Below, piece by piece: positions 38,701 to 50,700 of a stretch of DNA of 64,000 nt. The stretch lies in the NCBI RefSeq assembly GCF_004010195.1, contig NC_057753.1, positions 3,627,514 to 3,691,513 on the forward strand, given 5' to 3'. The notes below the pieces were generated by a model. That model was not told the origin of the DNA, ran no database searches, and saw nothing but the letters and a program-made list of their open reading frames with translations. The position numbers and the translations under genes are program-made. This DNA is from Chiloscyllium plagiosum. Taxonomy: Eukaryota. Numbering within the stretch: the stretch's first letter is position 1; every line of letters starts with the position of its first letter.

Positions 38701-39928
38701 GATGTGCCAGCACAGTCCTGATACTACACAAGAAGCGATAGCATGCCAGCCCTTCATCTCGGTTCGGATCGTAGTGTGCCAACGTTGGTTGCATCTTTAT
38801 TTCCCTAAAAGTTACATATTGACTCCGACGCCATTCCCAAAGCTGACCATTTTTCAATCTTAATTGTAAGGTTTCCAGCATGGAGGCCAGATTACGTGCG
38901 AATATTTCATAATCATTCACCAACTCAAGGAAAGACCAAAGTGCCTAGAAACATACAAGTCTGGGAAGCTTTGTTCGCCTGGGCAACTTTATCTTCCAGT
39001 GGTCTTAATAAGGTCCTGTGGACTCTTTAGTCCAAGCAGGTCACATCGATTGCCTGCAAAGCACACGTTTGCCTCCAAAGCCATACACTCATAGATACAT
39101 AGAGTCATAGAGATGTACAGCATGGAAACAATCTCTGCGGTCCAACCCGTCCATGCCGACCAGATATCACAACCCAATCTAGTCCCACCTGCCAGCACCC
39201 GGCTCATATCCATCCAAACCCTTCCTATTCATATACCCATCCAAATGCCTCTTAAATGTTGCAATTGTACCAGCCTCCATCACTTCCTCTGGCAGCTCAT
39301 TCCATACACGTACCACTCTCTGATAAGGTCACCCCTCAGCCTCCGACACTCCAGGGAAAACAGCCCCAGCCTATTCAACCTCTCCGTAATGCTCAAATCC
39401 TCCAACCCTGGCATCACCCTTGGAAATCTTTTCTGAACTCCTTCAAGTTTCACAACATCTTTCCGATAGGAAGGAGACCAGAACTGCACGCAATATTCCA
39501 GCAGTGGCCTAACCAATGTCCTGTATAGTCGTAACATGACCTCCCATCTCCTGTACTCAATACTCTGACCAATAAAGGAAAACATACCAAACGCCTTCTT
39601 CACTATCCTATCTACCTGCGACTCCACTTTCAAGGAGCTATGAACATGCACTCTAAGGTGCCTTTGTTCAGCAATACTCCCTAGTGCCTTACGATTAAGT
39701 GTAAAGCAGATTTGCTTTCCCAACATGCAGCGTGTTGCATTTATCTGAATTAAACTCCATCCGCTACTTCTCAGCCCATTGGCCCATCTGGTCAAGATCC
39801 TGTTGCAATCTGAGGTAACCGTCTTCACTGTCCACTGCACCTTCAATGTTGGTGTCATCTGCAAACTTACTAACTGTACCTCTTATGCTCGCATCCAAAT
39901 CATTTATGTCGATGTCAAAAAGTAGAGG

Positions 39929-40159
39929 TGAAAATGTGTTGCTGGAAAAGCGCAGCAGGTCAGGCAGCATCGAATGAGCAGGAGAATCGAAGTTTCGGGC
40001 AAGAGCCCTTCTTCAGGAGGTTCTTCAGATTCCTGAAGAAAGGCTCATGCCCGAAACGTCGATTCTCCTGCTCCTTCGATGCTGCCTGACCTGCTGCGCG
40101 TTTCCAGCAACACATTTTCAGCTCTGATCTCCAGCATCTGCTGTCCTCACTTTCTCTTA
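39929..40159. mobile_element. Palindromic Penelope-derived element with 15-bp TSD
   Basis: TSD gtcaaaa(a/c)gtagagg at 39914-39928 and 40160-40174; inverted arms tgaaaatgtgttgctggaaa... / ...tttccagcaacacattttca. Confidence 0.85.
40027..40066 (+). ncRNA. Minimal hammerhead ribozyme motif, putative
   Basis: AGAUUC-CUGAAGA-AA-GGC-UCAU-GCC-C-GAAA-CG-UC-GAUUCU: stem I 5/6 paired, stem II GGC/GCC, GUC cleavage triplet. Confidence 0.6.
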
Positions 40160-41129
40160 GTCAAAACGTAGAGGACCCAGCACCGATCCTTGTGGCACTC
40201 CACTGGTCACAGGCCGCCAGTCTGAAAAACAACCCTCCACCACCACACTCTGTCATCCATCTTTGAGCCAGTTCTGTATCCAAATGGCTAGTTCTCCCTG
40301 TATTCCGTGAGATCTAACCTTGCTAATCAGTCTCCCATGGGGAACTTGTCGAACGCCTTACTGAAGTCCATATAGATCACATCTACCGCTCTGCCTTCAT
40401 CAATTCTCTTTGTTAGTTCCTCAAAAAACTCAATCAAGTTTGTTTGGAGAAATTTTTAAGAACGATTTCCAAGTTCTTTCAATTTTCTTTATTGCTCTTC
40501 CATGTTATTAGCACAACATCGAGATAACTAATGACCAATGGTAAAATATTCTGCATTATTTACTGTAAATTCTCATCAACTTATCACAACCCAAAAGGCA
40601 GTCTCGCATAACCGAAGAAACCTTATGGATATTAATTGTAGCATACGTTTGGGAATCTTTATCTAATCGCAATTGCATGCATATATGCCTTATATACAAC
40701 TTCGTGAATAACTTTATGTCTAAGTCCTCCATGCCAGGGATTGGGTATACATCCAATTACAAAAAAAATAGTTTACGATTTGCTGCTGGCCCGGATTCTG
40801 AATAAAATTTGACTGCTAATTCAAGATTTGGCTTTTGTTGGGTCTTGCTGTGAGCTGACCTAGAGTCCCTCTGTTGAGGATATGACCTCAGTGGAGGTAT
40901 GCAATTACTTTCACTCAAGCGCTGTGCCCCAAGCTCAGGCGGACTGACGAGTATCTCCAGTTCCACTGGAATACACTTGAAAATATATGCTCCACTTGCT
41001 GCATTTTCCGATTGTAAAGCCAGTTGTGGTGGCTGTTTGAAGTCTAGTCGGGTTTCAGTTAGTAGGTACTTTTGCATGGCGAATTGCGCTCTGGGAGTGT
41101 AAGTGAACTGAAATAGTTCGGCAGTGGCT

Positions 41130-42095
41130 GGAGTAGCAGGCAGTGAAGGGGACTGTCGAGAATGCAGCAGAATATACATAGCTTGGAGATTTGGGCACAG
41201 AAGTGGCAGATGGATATCAAAGGAGAGGTGATGCATTTTGGAAGATCCACCTGAAATGCGAAATATACAGTTAATGGAAAGTCCCTGGGGAAAATTGATA
41301 TGCAGACAGTTCTGGGTGTTCAGGTCCATTGCAACGTGAAGGTGGCAATGCAGGTCGAGAGGGTGGTCAAGAATGAATATGGCCTGCTTTCATTTATCGG
41401 ACGGGATCTCTCCACTCTGCAGGCTCCCTGCCTCTTTTCCTGATGAAGGGCTTTTGACCGAAACGTCGATTTTCTTGCTCCTTGGATGCTGCCTGACTTG
41501 CTGTGCTTTTTCAGCACCACTCTAATCCAGATATTGAGTACAAGAGTTGGCAGGTCATTTAATATTTGTATAGGTTCGGCCACATTTGGTATACTGTGTA
41601 CAGTTCTGATTGCCATATCGCCAAAAGGATGCCGATGCTTTGGAGAGGGTGTAGAGGAGGTTCGCCAGATGTTGTCTGGTATGGAGGCGCGAGCTATGAA
41701 AAGAAGTTGAGTAGATTAAGATTGCATTCTTTAGAAAGACGGAAGTTGAGATGGGGAAGAGCTGAATGTGGTCTGCAAAATCATGAGAGGCATCAACAGG
41801 GTGGATACCAAGAAGCTTTTCCCCAGATGGGAGGACTTAATTTCTAGGAGTCACGATCTCACTTTGAGAGGGGAAAAGGTTAGGGGAGATATGCGTGGAA
41901 CGTTTTACACAGAGCGTTGTGGGTGCCTGGAACCCGTTGTCATGAAGGTGTTAGATGTCGACACGATAGCATCATTAAAATGTATCCAGACAGATGCATG
42001 AATAAGCAGGGAGCAGAAGGATGCAGATCTTTGGAAAATTGGTGACAAGTTTAGAGGGACGACAGGCCTGTTACTGTGCTGTAATATTCTTTCTT
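41130..42095 (+). mobile_element. CR1 3' fragment containing a Penelope terminal-repeat insert (~41407-41530, hammerhead core ctgatgaagggcttttgaccgaaacgtc 41440-41467)
   Basis: W...WQM.....EVMHFGR, SYEKKLSRL.L.SLERR.LR, KIMRGINRVD..KLFP. Confidence 0.8.
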
Positions 42096-42379
42096 CTTTC
42101 TTCCTTCCACATACTGAGCCGAAGCGATGGCAGAATTGCAGAATTCAAGCTTCCCACATGACAACCTGTGCCAAAAATGCTTATCCCAACTTCAAGTTTA
42201 CTGTTGCAAGTGAATGTCTTCAGCAGCATTCTTTTTTTTCTCATCGCTAGTGAAATAATTACGCAGAGGTGGGTATCCCTTCACCAAGTCAACCTTTACT
42301 TACACGTGGAGGGTCCTTTGGTGGCTCCGGGAAGCGAGAAAGGAGGTTGCTATGCCGATGGCGAAGATTTTTGCCTCCT

Positions 42380-43826
42380 CACTGTCCGCATGAGTCGTAC
42401 CGGAGGATTGGAAGAAGGCAAACGCTGTTCCCCCTTTCAAGAGGGGTAATAGGGAAATCCCGGGTGATCACAAACAAATCAATCTTACGTCTGTGGTCAG
42501 AAAAGTTTTGGAAAGAATTCTGAGGGTTAGGATCTATGACTATTTGGCAAAGCATAGCGTGATTAAAGGCAGTCGGCATAGCTTGGTGAGGAGCAGGTCA
42601 TGCCTCACAAAACTTATCGAGTTCTTCGAGGAGGTGACAAGACAGGTCGACGAAGGTCGAGCAGTGGATGTGATGCATATGGACTTCAGCAAGGCATTTG
42701 ATACAGTTCCCCATGATAGGCTCATTCATAATGCCAGGAAGTATGGGATACAGGGAGATTTGGCTATCTGGATTCAGAATTGTTTGCTGACAGAAGGCAG
42801 AGAGTGGTTGGAGATGGAAAGTATTCTGCCTGGAGGTCAGTATTGAGTGGGGTCCCGCAGGGCTCTCTTCTTGGGACTCTGCTCGTCGTAGTTTTTATAA
42901 ATGCCTTGGACGAAGAGGGTGAGGGGTTGGTTAGTAAATTTGCAGCTGACACAAAGGTCGGAGGTGTCATCGATAGTATCAGGGCTATTACAGGCTGCAG
43001 CGCGACATAGACAGGATGCAGAGCTGGGCTGAGAAATTGCAGGATAAATGTGAAATGATGCATTTTGGAAGGTCGAACTCGAATGCTGAATATAGGATTA
43101 AAGACAGGATTCTTGATAGTGTGGAGGAACAGGGGAGCTGGGTGTGCAAGTGCATAGGTCCTTCAAAGTTGCCACCCAAGTGGACAGGATTGTTAAGGAA
43201 GCATATGGTGTTTTGGCTTTCATTAACAGGGAGATTGAGTTTAAGAGCCGTGAGGTTTTGCTACAGCTCTACAAGTCCCTAGTGAGACCACACTTGGAAT
43301 ATTGTGTCCAGTTCTGGTTGCCTTACTATAGGGAAGATATAGAGGCTTTGGAGAGAGTGCAAAGAAGATTTACCAGGATGCTGCCTGGACTTGCCTTATG
43401 AAAAAGGTTGAATAAGCTCGGACTTTTCTCTCTGGAGAGGAGGAGGGAGAGAGGAGACCTGATCGAGGTATACAAGTAATGAGAGGAATAGATAGACTCA
43501 ATAGCCAGAGTCTTTTCCCCAGGGCAAGATTGACTGGTACGAGGGGTCATAGTTTTAAGATATTAGGGGAAAGGTATAGAGGAGACGTCAGAGTTAGGTT
43601 CTTTATGCAGAGAGTTGTAAATGCATGAATTGCGTTGCCAGTGGTGGTGGTGGAAGCAGAGTCATTAGGGACATTTAAGCGACTGCTAGACAGGCACATG
43701 GAAAGCAGTAAGTTGAGAGGTGTGTAGGTAAAGTAACTATAATTTATATTAGGAGTAAATCTCGGCACAACGATGTAGGCCAAAGGGCCTGTACAGTGCT
43801 GTACTTTTCCATGTTCTATGTTCTAT
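42380..43826 (+). mobile_element. CR1 RT plus 3' UTR, frameshifted
   Basis: SCLTKLIEFFEEVT..VDEGRAVDV..MDFSKAFD, GVPQGSLLG, KFAADTK, RPHLEYCVQFW; tail atgttctatgttctatg. Confidence 0.9.
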
Positions 43827-44449
43827 GACACAGATCCAGGTACCTCAAATCCATCTCTTAGAGTAAACAGAACTTTCCATTTACATTTGTCAGCCAAGGC
43901 TCCATGATTAGACCAGATTAACATCCTCCATCTGGAAACTCATATTCTATTTGGTCCACCTGAGTGATCTCGTTACATTCACTGCAGTACAAAGGTGGGA
44001 ATGTAATTTCAATAGCAAAGAGCGAATCTGTTAAATGCTTGGCATCCAAAATCTGATTACTAACTTATTGCTAATGTAGTGAACAGAGCTGAGAGGCACT
44101 GAATAACAGAAATTGAAAGAGAAGTAGATATCACAAACATGTTAAGTGCACAGTAATTGGCAAGCACATAAAATTCATGAATTTGAAATAACTCAGCTGA
44201 CTGACTCTCAAGTCAAATAATAAATAAACATTTTATCTAAGGTATTCATAAATTGTAAGTATCCGTTCCTAAAATAGTCTATTCAATATTCACATCTATT
44301 CAATAAAGTGAAAGTTTGTACATTCTTCACTGTACGACTGTATAAAACAATAAATGTAATCCTAATAATTTGTTGTCCTTCGAATGGGGTTCTTTCCTAA
44401 GCACTAAAAACGCATTCTTTGCATGATGATCAGTTTCAAATATTGTAGG

Positions 44450-45076
44450 TGTGAAGATACTGCTACTTTAACAAAGTTAAGCTGTCCCTGTTTTTATTTC
44501 AGAGAATTTGTCAAAGACACAGGCTCCAAACGGTATGGAGTTGAAGTGTTCACGGCCAATTTGATTATAACTAACATATACTGCCTCAGGCAAAAGGCTT
44601 TTTAAGTTTTTTTTTAAGTTTTATAATAGAAGAGAAGTGGCCAGCTCTCCCAGTTCAGGTTTACTCTGTTTTGTTTAGCATGCAGTCAAGCATTGGACAA
44701 GCTGCAGGAACCAAAGAAACAGGTCCATGCTGTTCTCTCTCTGACATCTTTCCTGTAAGATTCTGTTTTTGACTTAACTTTCGTGCCAAGTGATGTATAT
44801 GAGGATTGGTGCAAGTATTGGGAACAGCATCATTAAGTTGGTAGAGTCTGTTGGGTTTTCATATACGTTAAGTTATTCAGTATTCTGTTCTTTTTCGCTC
44901 ATGTTTCATTCGGTAATCTTGTAAATAAATTCTGTTTTGTTTAAAGCTAAGTGGTTTGACCAACTGCATCTCTTCTGGAATTTATGCATTGCACATGCTT
45001 AAAACAATTAGCAAAACTATGATCCTGGCTACTTTCTTGAAATGTTTTGAGGGGGTCTGGCCTGGTGCATAAAACA
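44450..45076 (+). mobile_element. Solo LTR (Gypsy type)
   Basis: TGTGA...AATAAA (~44925)...gggggtctggcctggtgcataaaaCA; similar to 47182-47755 and to the LTR at 22841-24936. Confidence 0.65.
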
Positions 45077-47181
45077 TAAATTAATAAAGTCTGCAATAGC
45101 AAATTAATATTCACCTTGCAAAAGAGGTTCATTAAGTTGCCTCAAGCCAATTCTTGTCATTATAGCAAAGGGACAGCAACCAAAACCAAATCATTCTCTC
45201 TGTCACTAGCATTACAATACAGTGATAGCATAACATTCAAAGCCGGGGAAAAAAAGTTCAATTGTTCCTAATCAGACTTTAGAATTAACAAATTCTCTAC
45301 AGAAAGTTCACAACTTTAATGAAGAAAAAGATGCACAATATAAATAAACTGCGGGGCAAATTGATTAACGTCTATGATACAGACTCAATGTTCTTTGAAT
45401 ATCAAACCCCGTTCATACATCCACCTGCAAAAAATCACAGCTGAAGGATATTTGTATGTCTAAAAGTAATTCTAATTTTGTCGTTCAATAATCATTTCTA
45501 AGATGAATACCAAGCTTTCATGAAATCTTCTGATGATAGATGGCATTCCGGGTACGCAAGACTATGTATTTTGTTTGAATTCTGAAGTCATTGGATAGTA
45601 CAAACAGCTGCTGAAGACTAGTGTTCTTTTGTCAGAACTTCCAATAAGTCAATCACAGGAGAATAATGGCAGACAAAAAGGAAATAAATCAGTTTGGCAG
45701 TGTGGCAGCTTCTAAAGCAAAGCTGTCCCCTGCTAAAAGCCCAGTCAGCACCGCTTCATTCTTTGTTTTCTCTTTATTTCACAACATTTACTGTGTTTCG
45801 TCATTACGTGTCCTCCAATCATTGACCGATTCAAAATGGAACCAGCTGAGAGTTCCTGAGCATTCAGATATCTCAGTGCCGATTTTCTCTCTCTCTCTTT
45901 GCCTCTTAGAAAAGTTGCTGTTCAAAGCTCAAAGTACAATCTTCGACTACAACTCACATTTCCAAAAAAAGAGAAAAATACCGACTATCTTTAAAATATA
46001 ACATTATTGAAATTGGAGTCCGAAGGATATATGCTCGGCTTGACATTAGATTGCCAATGTGGTTTGCATCTGATGTTCAACATTACCGTCAATGAGCTCT
46101 CTTATGGTACAGAGTGGAAATCCATGGACTTAGAGAGCCGGGATCAATTCCCACCGGCTCTAGAGGTGAGCAACAATATCTCTCAACAGTTCATTCCAAA
46201 AGATGGTTAACTTTAAAAAAAGATTACTTCAATAATTTCGTGATCGCAGTGTCTCCCCGAGTTAGGATTTCCCGTGATAGTGTTTGGTGCACCTGAGAAC
46301 TTCCCCAAATGATTGCTAAAAATATAATATCACAAGATGTAAATGGTATTCAGTCCATCAACGATGCTATGTCATTCGATGCAATCATGGCTGATCCTTT
46401 ATACAACACGATCCCAAATAGCTTTGGTTACAATAATATTCATATTGAATATAGTGATCGAACAATTATATTAATGCAGTTGATGTAAATCATATTTTAG
46501 GCACAGCAGAATCAACAAAACTAGATGTAGAGAACACTAAAAGGAAACTTCACATTAGTGCAATGTATTGTAAATTCACAAATTACTTTGCAACTCACAA
46601 ACGATTTCCATAATTCTCCACGAAATAATTGTAAAACATTTGATGTGTATATGGGAATACTGTGCCACGATGTCAGACCAATTGCATGCAATTAATGTGA
46701 AAATGAACAAGGCGGCACAGAAAGATATTCATGGGCATCTGTCATCGTTTCGTAATTTGTAGAAATAATAACAGGGTGATTGGTACAGTGGAATATAACT
46801 TTTCGTTCTGTCAAGGATAGAGACGAAAATGAAGGATATGTCGCAACATAGATGATGGATTCAATTACACTGTGAAGGAAGGAGATCATTTTGGAATGGT
46901 TCTCAAATGAAGCAAAAAAGAAGATATCAGAACAAAAAAACGGGACAATCACATTGCTGGAGGTGTACTCTAACCCCTAAATGGAGAAATGTCGTAGTAA
47001 ATATGTGAACTTGTTCCAAGGAAGATTAAAAGTAATTGAATAGGAATCGTGACAGAATTCAACTTTTTCAACAGTAACTCAGGTATTCACAGTGTGACAA
47101 GATTCGGGGAGCTGAATTCTTAAAATGCATTCAGGAGAGGTTTTAAAGAGGTTCTGCATTGAGGGCTCTGCAAAAAAGGGC

Positions 47182-47755
47182 TGTGATGATGCAGCTCCTT
47201 TAAAACGGATCTTGTATATTTGGCATTTTGTTTTTCAGAAAGGTCACAAAAGCAGCGATTCCAAAGGGATTTAGAGCCAATTTGATTTTAGCTAAGAGAT
47301 ACTGTTTCGGGCAAAAAGTTTTCAAGTTTTACAAAATAATACCTGTACAATTAAAAGGGAGTGGCCAGGTCTCCGAGCTCAGTTTATCTCTGGTTTGGTT
47401 TAGTTTAACAAAGCAGAGTTTGAAGCTGTTGGACTCAGAGAAGCAGGTCCATGTTGATCATCCCTCTCTCTGCTGCCTGACCTGCTGTGCTGTTCCAGCA
47501 ATAAAGTTTCAACTTTGATCTCCAGCATCTGCAGACCTCACTTTCTCCTCGAAGGAATCTCCTGTTCCCTGGATGCTGCCTGACCTGCTGTGCTGTTCCA
47601 GCAATAAAGTTTCAACTTTGATCTCCAGCATCTGCAGACCTCACTTTCTCCATCCCTCTCTCTGACCTCCCTCCTGTAAGAACCTGTGTTTGATTTTTCG
47701 TTTTGTGCCAAAGGGTATTTATGGGGATTGTTGTCAGTATATGGAACAGCATCAC
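47182..47755 (+). mobile_element. Partial LTR (same family as 44450-45076) inserted in CR1
   Basis: Starts tgtgatgatgcagc; shares gagtggccag, caggtccatg, gtgccaa..ggtattt, ggaacagcatca with the solo LTR. Confidence 0.6.
47471..47651 (+). mobile_element. Very young Penelope terminal-repeat insertion: two identical 78-bp units, perfect 14-bp TSD
   Basis: Units 47471-47548 and 47574-47651 identical; TSD catccctctctctg at 47459-47472 and 47651-47664. Confidence 0.85.
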
Positions 47756-50700
47756 AATTCTGATAGATTAAGGATTGTTCTTGAAAAGGACAAGAATGTG
47801 TCTGAGCTCAACGTTTGAAAATGCACGGAGACCGATTTTCATACGATCAGGTCTGAATTGGCCAGAATTGGCGAGGAATAGATACTTTTAGGTAAACCTA
47901 CATCAGAGGACAGGTTTACATTCAAGATACTGGGCTAACACTTTGCATTAAAGCGAAAGGATAAGATCCATAAATCCTGTAAACTCTGGATATCGAGGAA
48001 TATACAGGATTGGATAAAGAGAAAATGGAAGGCTTCTGGCTAATACGAAGGGCTTAAAAACCCGCAGCCCTAATTGATACAGAATGTGTAAAGGGAACTT
48101 ATAAACGAAATTAGAAGACCTAAAAGTGATCATCAAAGTATAATGACATGTAGAACAGGGAAAATCGTAAAATACTTTAGAAGTACTTTAATGGTAAAGG
48201 GATCATTAGGAAAAGAGTTAGTCAGTTAACGACCACAGTGATTAATTATGCATGAAGCCAGAGAAGGCAGGTATCTTTATTAATATTTTGTACCGGTTTT
48301 TACAAGCGAGAGGGTTTATATGGCTTTTAAAAAAACAGGAAGAAAGATTGTGATGCATTTAAAGAAAAGAAAAACTTTAGCGAGAGAGGAATTTCTGAGT
48401 GGTCTGGGAGGATTAAAAATTGATAAATCTGAAGGGCTGGACGATAAGTATCTTAGCTGTCGAGTGAAACAAGCAAAGATATAACAGGGGCGATCACAAT
48501 GATTTTCAATTGCTTTCCAGCGAAAGGAGAAGTGCCAGAGAACTGGAGGACAGACAGCTTGGTCCCATTGTTAAAGAAGGGATCAAGCATAAAGACGGAA
48601 ACAGTACAGTCAGCCCAACCTTTGTGGTGTGGAAGTTATTGGAAGCAATTTAAGAGATAAAATTAATCTGCACTTGGAATCGCAGGGAATAAACAAGAAG
48701 CATCAGCATAATTTTGTTAAAATGATGTCATGTCTGACCAACTTGAATAGAATTTTTGAAGAGTTTTCCAAGTGTGTGGCATTATTTCAGTAAGACGTTT
48801 GATAAGGTTCCACACAGTAATTTATTGCACAAAATACGGGGTCATGGAATTGAGGGTGGTTTAGCGGTTTGGATTAGAAGTGGGATAGCTGAAAGAAGAT
48901 AGATATTGGTGGTTAGTGGGAAATATTCATCCTGGAATGGCATACCGCAAGGATCTGTTTTGGGTCCACTACTGTTTGTCATTTTTGTGAATGTCCTAGA
49001 TGAGGGCAAAGAAGGTTGTGTTAGTAAATGTTTGGATGACATTAAGGTCGCTAGAATTGTGGATAGTGATGAAGGATATTGTAGGTTACAGGGGGACCTA
49101 GGTAAGCTGCATAGCTAGGCTGGGAGGTGGCAAATGGAGTTTAGTGGGGAAAGGTGTGAGATGATTCATTTTGGAAGGAGTAACAGGAATAAAGGGTACT
49201 AATCTAATGGTAAGATTCTTCATCGTGTAGCTGAGCAGAGTGATTTCGGTGTCCAGGTATATAGTTTCTTGAAAGTGGCCTCCTAGATTTTTAGGGCAGA
49301 TAAGAAGGCAGACAACTTGTTCGCTTTTATTAGTAGATGGACTGGTTTCAGAACCATGAAGTCATGCTGTAGCTGGACAAGACTCTGGTGTGGCCGCATT
49401 TGGAGTATTGCATCCAGTTCTGGTCACCGCATTATAAGAAGGATGTGGAGGCTTTGGAAAAGGTTCAGAGGAGAATTACTAAGATGTCGTCTGGTATGGA
49501 GGGCGGGTCTTATGAGGAAATGCTGAGGGACTTCAAGCTGTTTTCATTAGAGAGAAAAATGTTGAGAGGTGACTTAATTGAGATATATAAGATAATCAGA
49601 GGGTTAGATAGGGTTGACAGTAAAAGCCTTTTTTCCTCGGATGGCGATGGTAAGCGCGAAGGGACATAGCTTTAAATTGAGGGGTGATAGATATCAGTCT
49701 GATTTCAGAGGTCGTTTCTGTAATCAAAGAGTAGTCGGGGCGTGGAGCAGACTGCCTGCAGCAGTCGTAGACTCGCCAACTTTAAGGGCATTTAGATGGT
49801 CATTGTATAGTCATATGGACGAGAATGGAATAGTGTAGGTTAGATGGGCTACAGATTGGTTCACGGGTCGGCACACCATCGAGGGCCGAGGACCTTTACT
49901 GCACTGGAATGTTCTATGTTCTATGATAGAGTCCCTTAGATTTGCTAAAGCCCTGTATGGGAGATTGATGGCTAAGGGACGATTCGATGGCGTACAAAAG
50001 TCAGTTTAATCCAATCCATAATTTTCTGAGTGGCAGGAAGCAGAAGTGTTCAGAACATTCGAGGTTGATTTTGTGTTTAGAAGCAGATGTACAGTGGGGA
50101 ATCTGCAGGATCCAGTTTTGGAGCCCTTCTTTTTGTTTTACCTAGAGATGATTTAGATCTGAGTGCAGGAGAATTGATTTGTAAGTTCACAGACTATGTG
50201 AAAAGTGATGAGGTTATGAAAAATGAGGAAGATAGAGGAGTTAACTTAAGGATATCGACAAGCTGGTCAGATGGGCTGATCAGTGGGACTCAATCAGGAT
50301 ACGTGTGAGGTGATTCACTTCCGCATGAAACAAGAACAGGAAATACATGGTGAAGAGTAAGACTCTGGGTAGCATTGAGGATCTGCTGTACTTTGATGTT
50401 CACATCTCATATGATGTTCAGAATGCATGTTGAAGGTTCTGCCTAACCAGACAAGAATGTCCAATGTTTCATATTTAATTTAGAACACAATGTAACCTCA
50501 AACACCTGGACCAGCTCATTGTGATAAGTCTTCAAATAAAAACACGAAGTTTTAGCGAAGGTCAGCACTGATGGCCGCTTCTGAGGATAGATACATAAAA
50601 TGAATGTTTCTAGTCAAGTATCATTGTTCCTCGAAAGGATTTCTGAAGGTGATTCGTTTAGGATGAGGATAGCACGTTTAGTGAATTGGCCCCACCGCAG

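Larger units (their letters stand above)
39089..40445 (-). mobile_element. CR1 (HER1-like) 3' fragment
   Basis: SKFADDTNI.G.VDSE, LYRTLVRPLLEYCVQFWSPSYRKD; ctatgactctatg tail. Confidence 0.9.
36668..41130 (-). mobile_element. Decayed Gypsy (Mag-like) element, inverted paralog of 10180-13027; interrupted by a V-SINE (~38015-38312) and a CR1 (39089-40445)
   Basis: gag QKYLLTETRLDFKQ..QLAL..ENA; RT DVYPIPGMEDL...FTKL.....QLRLDKDSQTYATINIHK; LAHYDP; last ~40 bp of LTR at 36668-36710. Confidence 0.75.
46850..50400 (+). mobile_element. Composite of decayed CR1 fragments: an old element 46850-48790 and 49930-50400, with a second CR1 RT-3' end ~48790-49925
   Basis: EN, linker and RT motifs ([33 protein letters not shown]); tail atgttctatgttctatg at ~49909-49925. 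Confidence 0.75.

Noticed and set aside
40757..41329. 190-aa ORF as a novel gene
   Set aside because: Chance fusion of antisense CR1 sequence with a decayed Gypsy gag fragment
47471..47651. CRISPR-like repeat-spacer-repeat
   Set aside because: Vertebrate DNA, 78-bp units, only two copies, matches the Penelope terminus and has a TSD
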